A stretch of DNA of 64,000 nt from Naegleria gruberi. Its lineage: Eukaryota. Position 1 is the stretch's first letter, and the number at the start of each line of letters is the position of its first letter. Under the pieces are notes generated by a model, which did not search any database, had not been told where the DNA came from, and saw nothing but the letters and a program-made list of their open reading frames with translations. This document shows positions 22,469 to 34,235 of this stretch, piece by piece. The stretch lies in NCBI GenBank assembly GCA_000004985.1, contig GG738851.1; one strand, 5' to 3'. The position numbers were made by a program, and so were the translations under genes.

Positions 22469-24181
22469 TTATTCTCGAGGTGTGACTGGTGTTTGGAATA
22501 TTGAACAGGAAATCGACTTTTTCATTTCTTCGCATCTGTTGAAATGATCCTTGACCGCTTTGCTTATTCTTTTCAAGTGGCCAAGTTTGGAAATACCAAT
22601 CTTTTTGTAATCTTCGGTAGTAAAGTCTTGAATTTGTCCTAGAGTTTCAAGTTTCTTCTTTTTAAACTTCTTCCAACATTCTTTCATGTCAATCTTGGAA
22701 AGCAGTGATTCTATTGAGGAATTTTCTGGGCAGAATGCTTCCGCATCATGCTTTTCAATCACTTTCTGTAGGAGCAAGTCTCTGTAATCATCTGTGCGTT
22801 TGAATTGAGGGAAAATTTCGTTTTTAAATTGGAGAGAAATGGTAATGTAGAGTTGATCAAGACACTCTGAAAATTTTTCATACATTGATTGCGCTGTCTT
22901 TTCATTAAATTCTTGTGAAATGAGCTCCTTGTAGAGCTGGGAAAATTTATCCCTTATTGTGTGATCAACATTGATGCAATGAGTGCTGTCTATGGAGATG
23001 AACTGAATGTGAACGAGTTGGAATTCTTTCATTTTCAAAAATTCACAAGATAGACTTGTTGCATTGGTAGCAGAGATAAGATTAGTAACTCTAGGTGATT
23101 CAACAGGTGTTCCATCAGTGTTGCTCTCTGTTGGATTGGAACTCTGTTTGCATTGTGCTGCGTTAATTTTCTTAAAGGTCCTAACTACTTCCAGATAGAG
23201 AAGCAATTCTTCATTACATCTCTTCTTCATGAATTCTCTGACCAATTTTCTACCATCCATATCATCAATGAGGGTTTCGATATTGTTAAAGTTATTGATT
23301 ATTTTAGTGGTTTCATCAAAGTCTGAGGTTGAACTCTTTGTCGGCTCCTCAATCAACTCGTCGAATGCTTGGCTTTCAAGTTCTGGAGCAGAATGACTCT
23401 TTGATTTGAGAGAACTGACCGATTTTGATCTTGTGTACTTGCTACCAAGGTAGAAATCATCATCAGCAAACGTTGATCCTTTCGAAACAAACAAATCCAG
23501 TTTGTTTTTCAAAAGTCCAGTGGCTCCATTACTCAATCGTTTCAAACTCTTTGGCGTTGAGAATACACTCGAGAATGTACCATCATTCGTTTCAGTTGGT
23601 GATGGAGCAGATCTAATACTTATTCCAGACACGTTAGTCATAAATTCTGACTCATTGTCTTGCTCTTTCTTAGGGGAAGATTTTACAAAAATATAATTGA
23701 CCTCGCTTGTGTCAGTATTCTTCTTTACATTGGTTGTGATAGCTGGTGATGCTGGAGAGCCACAAGGAGTGCTTCCTTTCGATGAGGGATTTGATCTTAA
23801 TGCATCTCCAACAATGAGAGCTGCCTGATCTAAATAATTTTCCCAAGCATCCAAGTTTATAGAAGCTCTTGCAGATAATGATTGGGAATATCGTTTGGAA
23901 AATCGTCTTGATCTATCTTGTTCCCTTGTTTGAGTTGACTCTTGAGGAAGAAAGGTATTATCATTAGTGGAATCTTGACCTGGAGTTGCATTGTCGAAAT
24001 TCAATGAATTGACACTGTACTGATTATTTACAATATTACTAGTATTGCTTTTGTTTTTGATGAATGTTCCAATGGATGAAGCGACAGACTGGTCTGCTTC
24101 TGAAAAATTGCTTCTCAGAGGCATGTTAAGAGGTCTTTCGAATAGGTTGTATGATGACGATTCAGAATAGAACAATGGCAT
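22469..24181 (-). CDS. RGS (regulator of G-protein signalling) domain protein with a Ser/Thr/Asn-rich N-terminal half
   Basis: Single ORF in the track. RGS signature: ...MDGRKLVREFMKKRCNEELLLYLEVVRTFKKI...EFLKMKEFQLVHIQFISIDSTHCINVDHTIRDKF...TAQSMYEKFSECLDQLYITISLQFKNEIFPQFKRTDDYRDLL. Confidence 0.65.
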   Translation of the reverse strand: MPLFYSESSSYNLFERPLNMPLRSNFSEADQSVASSIGTFIKNKSNTSNIVNNQYSVNSLNFDNATPGQDSTNDNTFLPQESTQTREQDRSRRFSKRYSQSLSARASINLDAWENYLDQAALIVGDALRSNPSSKGSTPCGSPASPAITTNVKKNTDTSEVNYIFVKSSPKKEQDNESEFMTNVSGISIRSAPSPTETNDGTFSSVFSTPKSLKRLSNGATGLLKNKLDLFVSKGSTFADDDFYLGSKYTRSKSVSSLKSKSHSAPELESQAFDELIEEPTKSSTSDFDETTKIINNFNNIETLIDDMDGRKLVREFMKKRCNEELLLYLEVVRTFKKINAAQCKQSSNPTESNTDGTPVESPRVTNLISATNATSLSCEFLKMKEFQLVHIQFISIDSTHCINVDHTIRDKFSQLYKELISQEFNEKTAQSMYEKFSECLDQLYITISLQFKNEIFPQFKRTDDYRDLLLQKVIEKHDAEAFCPENSSIESLLSKIDMKECWKKFKKKKLETLGQIQDFTTEDYKKIGISKLGHLKRISKAVKDHFNRCEEMKKSISCSIFQTPVTPRE

Positions 24182-24910
24182 ACCTTTTTTTTCAGTATGT
24201 TATATTGGTTGAGGATGATTCGAACAAATTTCAACACAATATTGACAGTTCAAAGAATCCTCAAGTTGTATGCAGTCAATTCAATCCACAAAAGTTTTTA
24301 TATTCCCAATACGGAAATTCAATTGCTTCAAAAAACTTGTTATAATCTTCACTAATAGACACTCTATTACCAAACAATGAATTCGATATCGTGACTTGAC
24401 AACCAGTTTAAAACTCTTCAATATACTGACTGTCGTAATTGGGAATAAAAGCACGATCGCGATGAACGTAGCAGCAGACAATGCCTCAATACAACGTTGC
24501 GCCTTTTTTTTTGATTTGAAAATACTGTAGATGGAAGTATTTTGGCGGAGATTGGCAATGTAAATACTGAAGATATCAGTGGAAATCAAAATTTTGTTAT
24601 ATGGAAAGAGGAAAGGTTGACTTGGATTGGGAATGGCATATCCGAAAGGTTGTTGAAAGAGAAATGCATTATTGAGATTTATGGTTGTATACATTCGTTT
24701 GTCAATACATTACAATTCGCAAAGATGAACTCTGTCTTGGCTATTATTTAATTATGAAAAGCAAGAAGGCAATACTATTTGCATTTCATTGTATTGATTG
24801 AATTCAGTTGGTCGGTTATTTAATATAGAGAACTGTTCTACCCTTAAATCTTTATCTCTTTCATCAAATATGAGTTTATCATCCAATCTTTGCAATTAGA
24901 TAAATAAAAA
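24182..24910. promoter_or_regulatory. Putative bidirectional promoter region between divergently transcribed genes (RGS gene on minus, Kelch gene on plus)
   Basis: A 729-nt AT-rich spacer between two divergent start codons, with no convincing ORF. Confidence 0.3.
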
Positions 24911-25984
24911 ATGAGTTGTAATAAGCATAATATTGAGGACAACACAAATTCTCCTTCAAATTTAGTTTGGCAATCTATTACAAATACCTGCTCCGATACA
25001 GAGAATTTACCATCGGGAGGGGGTATTGCTCATTGTTGTGTCGATCATGAGAGAGTGGCTTTTTTCGGAGGGTTGGGATTGAGGCGATATAATGAATTAT
25101 ATATTTTCAATGTCAATACAAATGAATGGAAAAAAGCCTCTCTTGAAAATGCACCATCAAAGAGGTGTAAAAGTTCAATGTGTTGCTACATAACTGGAAA
25201 CAAGCATAAATTGATAATATTTGGAGGATGGACGAGTGAGGGAAAGACAAATGATATGCATGAGTATTGTATTGAGGATGACAAGTGGAAAGAAGTAAAA
25301 TATGCAAATAATTCAGTTCCTCCTGCAAGAAGTGCTCATCACTGTGCAATCATTGGAAAACATATGATTATTTATGCAGGAATTGGAGCTAAAAAGTTCG
25401 GTGACATGTACAGATTTCATTTGGAAAAGGTATGATTAATTAATATTCGATAATCATAACATGTTTGAATTGTGGTTTTAACCAGAGAGAATGGGAAGAA
25501 GTAATTCAAGTGAATGCTCCACTGCCAAGAAGTTCCTATGGAGGTTTAATAGTATTTAACAAGAATCAAAATCTATTGACCTCATGTGGTTTAGGATGTG
25601 GAAGATACAATGACACTCTATTATTTGATATTCCATCAAGAACTTGGAAGCCCTTAACTTATAAAGGAACTATTCCAACAAAGAGAGGTAGACACTCATG
25701 TGTTCTTGATGATTCCAACAATTGTGTCTATTTGTGGGGAGGATTTAGTAAGTTGTTATTATTGCAAAATTATAGTATTAAACTTGGCAGCTGGAACTGA
25801 GAGATCCAATGAATGTTTTCGTTTCAATCTCCCAACGTATGAATGGTCAATGATAAAGCAAACTAACCCTCCAAACAAACGAGAGAACCAATGCCTTTTC
25901 ATCCTAAACCAAAAACTCTATCTTTATGGTGGCTGGAATGGCTCTGATTTTTATCATGATATGTTCTGTGCAAATCTAGTATAA
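24911..25984 (+). CDS. Kelch-repeat (beta-propeller) protein. Three exons: 24911..25429, 25486..25747, 25791..25984.
   Basis: Three ORF-track segments joined by introns: GTATGA at 25430 / CCAG at 25484-85, and GTAAGT at 25748 / GCAG at 25789-90. Phases are consistent. Repeated Kelch motifs (FGGLGLRRYNELYIFN..W, IIFGGWTSEGKTNDMHEY...W, YLWGGF..., LYLYGGWNGSDFYHDMF). Confidence 0.7.
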
Positions 25985-26409
25985 AGATCAAGTCTACAGT
26001 TTATTGAATGGATTGTGAAAGTTTGGACTTTTTTTCAAATTTTATACCAAAAGGTTCACAAGACCTTAAAAAACCACAACAAGTACCAATAAGGCTACAT
26101 AACAGAGTTTCTCTCGAACGTTTTTGGCGCGGTTTTTTTCTTACGCTTGTTGGTTTTTCTTCTTCAAAAAAGTAACTCGACAGGTGGTGTTCCTTCATCA
26201 ACGAAAGCCTTAAAGCAAAGTTTCAACTTTTATCACACAACACGGATAGGAAGTTCAACATCAAGAATATTGGAAAACCACCATTTTGTTTTCAAAGCTT
26301 AGGTGCCTTCCATTGTGAATATTACAAAATAGACTTGTTGTTTTTATAGTAATTTTAAACAATTATTATTACCACTTATTTCAACATCATCCGAGCCTAG
26401 TAGAACACA

Positions 26410-29400
26410 ATGAACAACTCAGAGAGAAGGAGCATTGAAATGATGAATTATAATCTTGGCCCTCGTACTGGACCAACGATGCCTCCACCCTCTCCCAATT
26501 CTGTCAGAGCATTAAGGAGAGGTTCTCTGGATCCATCTCTAGCAGGACGACTTCCAAAATCTGCCTCAAGAAACAGTATTCAAGACCCAGAAGCATCACT
26601 CTTCGATAAGGATGACAATCAATCCTCCTTGTCGAAAAGCACCAAGTCAAACCCTTCCGATCCAGTAACAAATTCATCAGTAATGCAAAAATTTGAACAT
26701 GCCATCTTTACTTTTATTTACTCACTAAGGCCCGAAGTTCCAATGCATGGAGCCTTATCATTTTTCATTCATATTTTGATTATATTTCAATCTCTTAGTA
26801 TAGGATCACCGATAGATTTAAATTGGGGATTGTATGGTACTTGGATTGTTAGTATAATAGCCATTTGTCGGAGTTATGGATTTCAGTTTATGAATTATGA
26901 AGCATTTATTGCCTTAGCAATTATTGTCTTCCTCACGCAAATAGCAGTATGCATTGTCATTTATATGACATTTAAGGCCCAACAAGTCGGAAGTAGATAC
27001 TGGGATAAGATCAAAACAGCTGCAAGGGTAATGTTTGCAATAATCTTTTTCATGGCCATACCAACAACCTATGGTTTAATGTTGGGGTTTTGGGAGTGTG
27101 ACTATTCCGCAACTGTGCCCTTAAATGAAACTCCCACCTATGTTCTTGTCAACTTTCCAACAGTAGGATGTTGGTCTGGATTGAATGGCGCATTTGCAGT
27201 CTTGTCAGTAATCTTTCTCATTATTCAAACTGTCTTGGTTGCCTGTTCGATAGCAATCTTTATTAACATTAACATCAAGACAAGGGATTTATTTGTGTTA
27301 GACAACCCTTACATTATAATAATCATTATGGCATCTAATCAAATTTATCTAATTGTTTCCCAAGTCATTCCTGCTTCAATAATTTTCGTTAGACCTATTA
27401 TTTATTTGGCCTTTGCAGTATTGTTTCTTGCCGTGCTATTTTGGATGCAACCTTTCATTCGAAGAGGAACTAATGTTGTTTATGGTGGAGTGGGATTTGC
27501 AAGATTAGCTATTGGAGGTGTATCAATCGCCACAGCTCTGGTAAATCAAACAAATGAATGGGGACTCGGTCTTGGACTAGTTGGTGCTCTTGTGGGAGGA
27601 AGTGCTGTTCTTTTTTCTATTGGTTTAGTGGTGACCGACATTTACACAAGGTACATGCAGCATAAAGGAAGAAAAATTCTTCAAGAATGTGTCCAAAAGA
27701 GATCATTTAATACCTTGACAGATTCCGACCATTATTTTGTCAATATATTTGTCAGATATGCAATGAAAGGAAAAGAAGCTGATATAGACCTTGCAGATTC
27801 ATTTACCAAGTTAGCCATGTCACAAAGATTAGAAATTAATGCCACAAGTATGATAACTTGCGCATTATTCATCAAGTTTATTCTCACTACTAGTTCAGTA
27901 ACTCTTGCCTTAACATTGGTACAAAAATCTCAAAAGAAAGGTGATAACTTTTTTTTGAGATTCATAATCTTTCTCAGAGTGAGAGAAGTCGAAAAGGCTT
28001 CATCAATGGGGAGAAACAATTTTCAATTGGATCACATTATGTCGAGTGTAAAAAAAAAGTTGGAACTTTCAAGGGAGCTACAAGTTCTCTTTTGGAAAAA
28101 TGTCACCATGGAACAAACAAATGACGAAAAGCTTTATAACATTGTCAAAGAAATACAAGAATTGAGTGAAGAATGTTCCATTATTTTCAGCAATTTGCTA
28201 TCAAATTATGCTACTGATGTGGTATGTTGTTATTTTGTGTGATTTTTATAAGTGTCTTCAGACTGTACTGCGAGCATATGCTGCCTTCCTTGAAGATTTC
28301 CTTTTTGATAACATGGCAGCTGCTGAACTTTTGGAGGAGGCTAGTATTATAGAAGAGGAAAACTTTAAAAAGGCTTCTCGAAATTTGGCTAGTAAAAGAC
28401 CTAGTATCACTGGAAGTATTGGTCCTAAGAGGTCAATTTATGAATCTGATCTGAAAATTTCCCTTAGTAGAGGAGGATCACAAGAAGATCTGAATGCTAT
28501 GAATTTTGAATCTGTTAGTAATGAAGATAGAGAAGGTGCACAACAAAATGTTTTTAGGAGCGCTGTCAATAAGAAGGAGGAGCACCAATTTCTTTATATT
28601 TTCATTGCATCTCTTGGATTTGTTGGAATCACCTTTATAATAGTGGTGTTAGTATTGGGTTTAGTCATTTCTCAAACCAGCAGCAAGAATATTACTCTCG
28701 TTGAGAAATCTTGCTCAATATCTTCGTGTAAGTTTGTGTTTTTATTGTAAATTCTAATGATATTAGTACCTTATCTTGTGTTGTCCGATATTAGAAGAAT
28801 TCAGTCAATGATGAGAACATCATCCAACAAAACATATGATTCCTTCATGACCAACCATAAAGAAAGATTAACTGAAGCACTTGATAAGCTTGAGGTTGTA
28901 GAAACATTCCTTAAGGATTCCATTTTCACTGAAACAATGATGGAACACTTTGTCAAGCTCAGCTCAAATATTTTAGTACCAATCATGCAAATTAACTATT
29001 CCGAGCCCCTTCTGTACTCTTCCAAGAATGCTTCTGTTGCTGATTTAGTATCAGTATTTCAGTCAACATCTCAAAAGTACTTCGACCATGGAATAGATCA
29101 TTACAATGTTACCCGTGACAGTTTTGATTTCCTTCTAATTTGTAAGTTTTACTGAACTATTGTTTATAACAAACTCAAGGGAATAACCGACTTGATTTTA
29201 CTCAATCGTTTGAGAAATTTTGCTCTAAATTGATAGCAGATTCTGAGAGTCAAATTTATTCCTTCAGAATTGTCTTCATTGTTGTTATATCTTCATTGGC
29301 TTTTGTTTTTGCGTTATATGTAGTTGTGTATATTATTGTAATTGTTAGGCATTCAACTATTCTTGACAAGACATTGAATATTTTCAAAAAGATTCCAAAA

Positions 29401-31927
29401 GAAGAGAGTTTGAAAGCAATCCATAAACTTGAAACCAACAGCAATAAGATTATAACCCCTAAAGAACATTTTGTCACTCCAAAGAAGGTCATGTTAGTAA
29501 TGGTAGTTTTGAGTTTATTTTTAACCTGTTTAGGAGCTGCTTTGATTGTGTATGAAAGTGTATCCTTTATTGAGGATGGTATGTTTGTTATGCAGAAAGT
29601 CAAGACAGGAAATACCTTCCTGCAAACCCTACAAAGAACAAAGTTCAAGATCTTGGAATTACTGATGACTGATTACGCAGAACTTGGAGTCTCTAGGGAT
29701 CAATTTCATGGTGAAATTAAGCAACATATATCTGATTTGTTTGTTTCATGGAATTCCTTCAGATATGGTGATGAATCTAATGGGTTTCATCCAATTACTG
29801 GTCTTTTAACAGAAGTGGATAAATCAGTTTCAGAACAAAAGAATTGTACAGCAAACGATTTTGCTTGTTATTCGCTTGATGATTTGGTTTTAATATTCCA
29901 AAATGCAGAAAAAGTTAACGACAACATTTATCAACAGATTTACTCCATACAATCTCTTTTGGATCAGTATTCTGTTATTTTCAATGCAGCAATAGCTACA
30001 GATTCAAAGACAGACGGTGTTATTGCGAGCTATGTCAGCTATTTCACAACCAAAACGAATATTTTAACTTCTGTTTTCGCTCCCGTATCCTCCATTCTGC
30101 TACTATTCTTTGTTTACATCATTTACAGTGCGATGAACGGATTTTCAAACGAAGTGCATCAAATCAGAACAATGCTCAATCACTTACCCTGGGAAATTCT
30201 CGATTCCAACTCTGTTTTACATGCCTATGTCATTAATTATTCACTCTCCGTTGGAAACGATAGAGACTCAAAGAAATCTAATGATAATGCCTCAAAAGAA
30301 AAAGCTATTCTTGAGGCAGCTGTAGAGGGAGCAGTCATTTGTTCAACTTATGGTAATATTAATATTTTCAACGAGTCTGCACAAAGAATGTTTGGCTACA
30401 GAGCAGATGAGGTCATTGGTACTCAGCTCTCTGATCTTTTCTCATCAGAAACTAGATCAAAGGTTGACTCTGTAGTTTCTAATGCAATTTCATCAACCTC
30501 TTCCAAGGGTGAGACCATTCCTCTTATTGGACTTAGAAAAAACAAGACACAATTCGCAGCAGTGATTAATATTTCAGTAGCCATTCTTGGTGATGACAAG
30601 AAGGTCATCACTTGTTTTATTAAGGATCAAACAAATGAAAAAAAGAGAGATATTGAACTCGCTGAAGAAAAGAAAAAGTCTGAAGCTCTTTTACTAAATA
30701 TTTTACCAGAAAGTGTCGCTCATCGTTTACAGTCGGGTGAAACGTTCATTGCAGACAAGATTGAGGATTGCACTTGCTTGTTTAGTGACATTGTTGATTT
30801 CAATCTCGTAGCTGCTCAAATGAGTGCCACCGATGTGGTTCAAATGTTGAACATGATTATCAATGGTTATGATTCCCTTATTCCAAGATATAATTTGGAA
30901 AAGATTAAAACTATTGGTGAAAAATATTTTTGTGTTGGTGGCCTTCCAACCCATGGTCAACCATCAACTGACCATGTTGAAGAGGTACTTGGCTTTGCCA
31001 TGGACATTTTCAGCATTATGCACCACTACAATATGGAATTTGGAAGAAAGTTGAATGTAAAAGTTGGTATTCATTCTGGAGGTTTAGTTGCAGGTGTAAT
31101 TGGCACACTCAAATTCGCGTATGATGTAAGTTGTTATTGTGTCTGTAATTGTTCTTAATGAAATTAAGGTTTGGGGAGATGTTATCAATGTTGCAAGTAG
31201 AATGGAGTCCACTTGCCATCCAGGAAGAATTCAAGTAACCAAGGAGACATTTTCAAGACTCAATCATAAATATGAATTCGAGGAAAGGCGAGATGTTTTT
31301 GCTAAAGGTAAAGGATTGATGACAACATATCTTCTCAACAAGATTTATCACCAAGATCCGCTTTCTCTTGAAGTTACTATTGATAGATCAGATATTGAAA
31401 TGGCTGTAAATCAAGCAAATCAAGGAGGTCCTAAGTTCACTGATTTGATTTCGAACGCAAGTCAAGATATTCATTCAGAGACTGACTCTCACCCTCAACA
31501 GGAAATGGCAATAGAAGATGGGCGTTTAGCTGTTGCACCAATTGCAGGCTCAAGAAGAGTAAGATCCCAAAGTGTTAACAGCAATTACAGTAATTTTAGT
31601 TATAACAGTGTTAGTGAACAAAACAATGACAGTCTCAGACCACCAACTTTGCTTACTGGTTCACCAAACCAAGCTTCTCCTCAATCTACGTTAATGTCCT
31701 CACCAAGAATAGATGTTTTACGTTTCAAAAACAATCCTAATAGATACAGTGTCAGTGCTTCGATCACTAGTTTCTTCAGTAACCAGGCAGCTCTCGATCC
31801 AGCGGTGCAACATCACGACCAGTTGGAAACTGCAAGTCATCACTCAATCCACTCACATCACTCTCACTTCTCTCCTCGAAGGAAACTGTTACCAGTCCCT
31901 GAACATGATGAAATATGTGAGCATTAA
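26410..31927 (+). CDS. Polytopic membrane protein with a PAS domain and a single class III nucleotidyl cyclase catalytic domain (adenylyl-cyclase-type specificity residues), about 1769 aa. Five exons: 26410..28221, 28253..28727, 28767..29141, 29237..31125, 31169..31927.
   Basis: Five ORF-track ORFs are linked by canonical introns (GTATGT 28222 / TAAG 28251-52; GTAAGT 28728 / TTAG 28765-66; GTAAGT 29142 / ATAG 29235-36; GTAAGT 31126 / TAAG 31167-68); all phases agree. About 10 TM helices in exon 1, 3-4 more TM helices, then a roughly 190-aa loop and a last TM. PAS: ILEAAVEGAVICSTYGNINIFNESAQRMFGYRADEVIGTQLSDLF. Cyclase: LLNILPESVAHRL...CLFSDIVDFN...EKIKTIGEKYFCVGG...GIHSGGLVAGVIGTLKFAYDV|VWGDVINVASRMES. 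Confidence 0.8.
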
Positions 31928-32126
31928 GATATAAAATCTCCGATTTTTCAGCATTGCTCTATAATTTATTGTCTGAAACTCTCCACTATTCTCTCAGAAT
32001 CGTTTCACCAGTTTCCCTCCTTTTTTCAATCTTAAAAACGTTAACTCATCACGGAGTCGCCCTTATGGATATCCAGAAAATTTCAAAGAAGGATGTGAAA
32101 TCTTGTAAAAATTTCATTTAAAAAAA

Positions 32127-34148
32127 ATGCTGTACAACCAACCAGTTATTCTTCACTTGATTGACCTTTATATTCCTCCGCTAAATATCGAGCACGATCA
32201 TCATCAGATGGTCGGAAATTATCATCAACATGTTGAGGAAAATTTAGAAAGATCATCCAGCCTCTTCTTACTCCTTCAAAAACGAATGCACAACAAACAA
32301 GAAAAACGAACAAAATTTCTGAATAGTTATCTTGATGTTTACTACTCGGTAGAATTTCAACCGTGTGCCATTCTAGAGGAAATCGAGGATAGGAGAATTA
32401 CTAGCGATAGAGAATTGATGATGCGAGCAGTGAAAGCAGACGGACTTGCTCTTCAATACTACACTGGAACATTTCAGTGCAATAGTTGTGAGAGTGTTGT
32501 GGATGATGAATTGGTGGCAGAAGCTGTAAAATCCAATGGAATGTCGATTCGGTTTATGTTGGCAGATGACCCACAACGTTTAATTTCAAAAGAAATTTTG
32601 AGAAAGGCCATAGAGGAGGATGGTTTGATAGCTTCGTTTGGTAATGTTTGGTCTTCTCTTTCAGATGAAGAAAAAATCTTGGCTGCTTCCACTAATGGAA
32701 ATATATTGGTTTCTGACCAACTTTATGGAATACTTGCTCCAAAACAAGTTGCCACAGTTGGTCTGATTGACTCTCCTTATGATTTCTGTAGAGAATTTCA
32801 GACAGAAGATAAGGAAGTTATTGAGTATGTGATTAAATGCTATGGAGCTGCCCTTGAAGAAATTGATGATGAGTTACTTTGTGAACCTTTATCATTGGAT
32901 GTTTTGAAAGAGGGATTTTCACAATATCCAGAAGCTCTACCACATTTATTTTGGAACCTGAGAAGGAGTATGGATGAAATATTTGAGATTGTAAGGGAAG
33001 GATTGAAGAGCTATAACGATGTGCTTGATGAGGACATTGGACAAGGATTTTTCACAAAAGAACAATTCACTGAATTGTTGAAATATTCTGGTTATATTAT
33101 TTATGATTACTTTTATACGACTGATAGGGAAATGGCACTAGTTGCTGTCACAAATTGTGGAGAAGTTTTAGGTGTACTACCTGAATTTGCTAACGACAAG
33201 GAAATAGTTTTGGCTGCTGTTCAACAAGATGCCTACTCGATATTATATGGAACAGAGGCATTGATTTATAATAGAGACTTTATTTTGGAGTGTGTGAAAA
33301 TAAGTGGTGAGGTTTTGGATTATATAGATATGGATTTCGATGAGGATTATGAAATTATTCTTGAAGCTGTACAGAATTATGGAGATGCAATAGGAATTAC
33401 ATCCCAAGAGTTGAGAAGGAATAAGGAGATTATCACTGCTGCCCTTTCAAATAATGGATTATCATTAGGTTATCTGGATGAAGATTTACAAGATGACAAA
33501 TCAATAGTATTACTTGCTGTTTCTAATAATGGTCTTGCTCTCGAATACGCCTCGGATAGGCTACAGAATGATAAGGAAGTTGTAATGGTTGCTGTTTCAA
33601 ATATGCCAATCTCTTTGCAGTATGCTAGTGAAGCTCTTCGCTCTGACATGGAGGTTATTCTTCGTGTTGTGAGTTTGGATTATCATGCTCTGGAACTTGC
33701 TTCAGAACAAGCAAGAAACAATAGAGATATCGTTATGGAATGTGTAAAGATATGTGGTCTTTGCCTTTTGAATGCCTCAGATGAACTGAAAAATGATAGA
33801 GAAATTGTTTTGCAAGCTGTGTCGCAAAATGGATTAGCTCTCAAATATGCCACTACACTCGATGAAGAAATAGCAATTACAGCTTTACAAAACAATTCCA
33901 CAGTTTTTAACAAGCTGCCCAATCATTTAAAAAGAATAAGGAAAATTGCTAAATTAGCTAAGGATGAATCTGACACGTATTGGGAGGCTTGGATTGATTA
34001 CTGGGGAAAGAGAAGTGAAGTATTCGATATAGAGAGACCTAAGAGAAAAAGACTAATTTATGGAGATTGTGAGGAAGAAGACAATGAAGAAGAGAATGAT
34101 ATTCAAGACATAGAAGAAAGAGAAAGGAAAAAGTTAAAAGATGAATAA
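32127..34148 (+). CDS. DUF4116-type repeat protein (tandem ~35-aa helical repeats of consensus d.eivl.AV.qNG.aL.yas..Lk.D.e.vl.A)
   Basis: Single ORF. At least 8 tandem repeats, e.g. DKEIVLAAVQQDAYSILYGTEAL, NKEIITAALSNNGLSLGYLDEDLQDD, KSIVLLAVSNNGLALEYASDRLQNDKEVVMVAVSNMPISLQYASEALRSDMEVILRVVSLDYHALELASEQARNNRDIVMECVKICGLCLLNASDELKNDREIVLQAVSQNGLALKYAT. C-terminus is acidic. Confidence 0.65.
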   Translation: MLYNQPVILHLIDLYIPPLNIEHDHHQMVGNYHQHVEENLERSSSLFLLLQKRMHNKQEKRTKFLNSYLDVYYSVEFQPCAILEEIEDRRITSDRELMMRAVKADGLALQYYTGTFQCNSCESVVDDELVAEAVKSNGMSIRFMLADDPQRLISKEILRKAIEEDGLIASFGNVWSSLSDEEKILAASTNGNILVSDQLYGILAPKQVATVGLIDSPYDFCREFQTEDKEVIEYVIKCYGAALEEIDDELLCEPLSLDVLKEGFSQYPEALPHLFWNLRRSMDEIFEIVREGLKSYNDVLDEDIGQGFFTKEQFTELLKYSGYIIYDYFYTTDREMALVAVTNCGEVLGVLPEFANDKEIVLAAVQQDAYSILYGTEALIYNRDFILECVKISGEVLDYIDMDFDEDYEIILEAVQNYGDAIGITSQELRRNKEIITAALSNNGLSLGYLDEDLQDDKSIVLLAVSNNGLALEYASDRLQNDKEVVMVAVSNMPISLQYASEALRSDMEVILRVVSLDYHALELASEQARNNRDIVMECVKICGLCLLNASDELKNDREIVLQAVSQNGLALKYATTLDEEIAITALQNNSTVFNKLPNHLKRIRKIAKLAKDESDTYWEAWIDYWGKRSEVFDIERPKRKRLIYGDCEEEDNEEENDIQDIEERERKKLKDE

Positions 34149-34235
34149 ATTCATTTTGTAAACAATAAAAATTATTGCTGAATTATAAAATAATTTACAA
34201 AAATTAATAGAAATTAAATATTTAATAATACCAAT

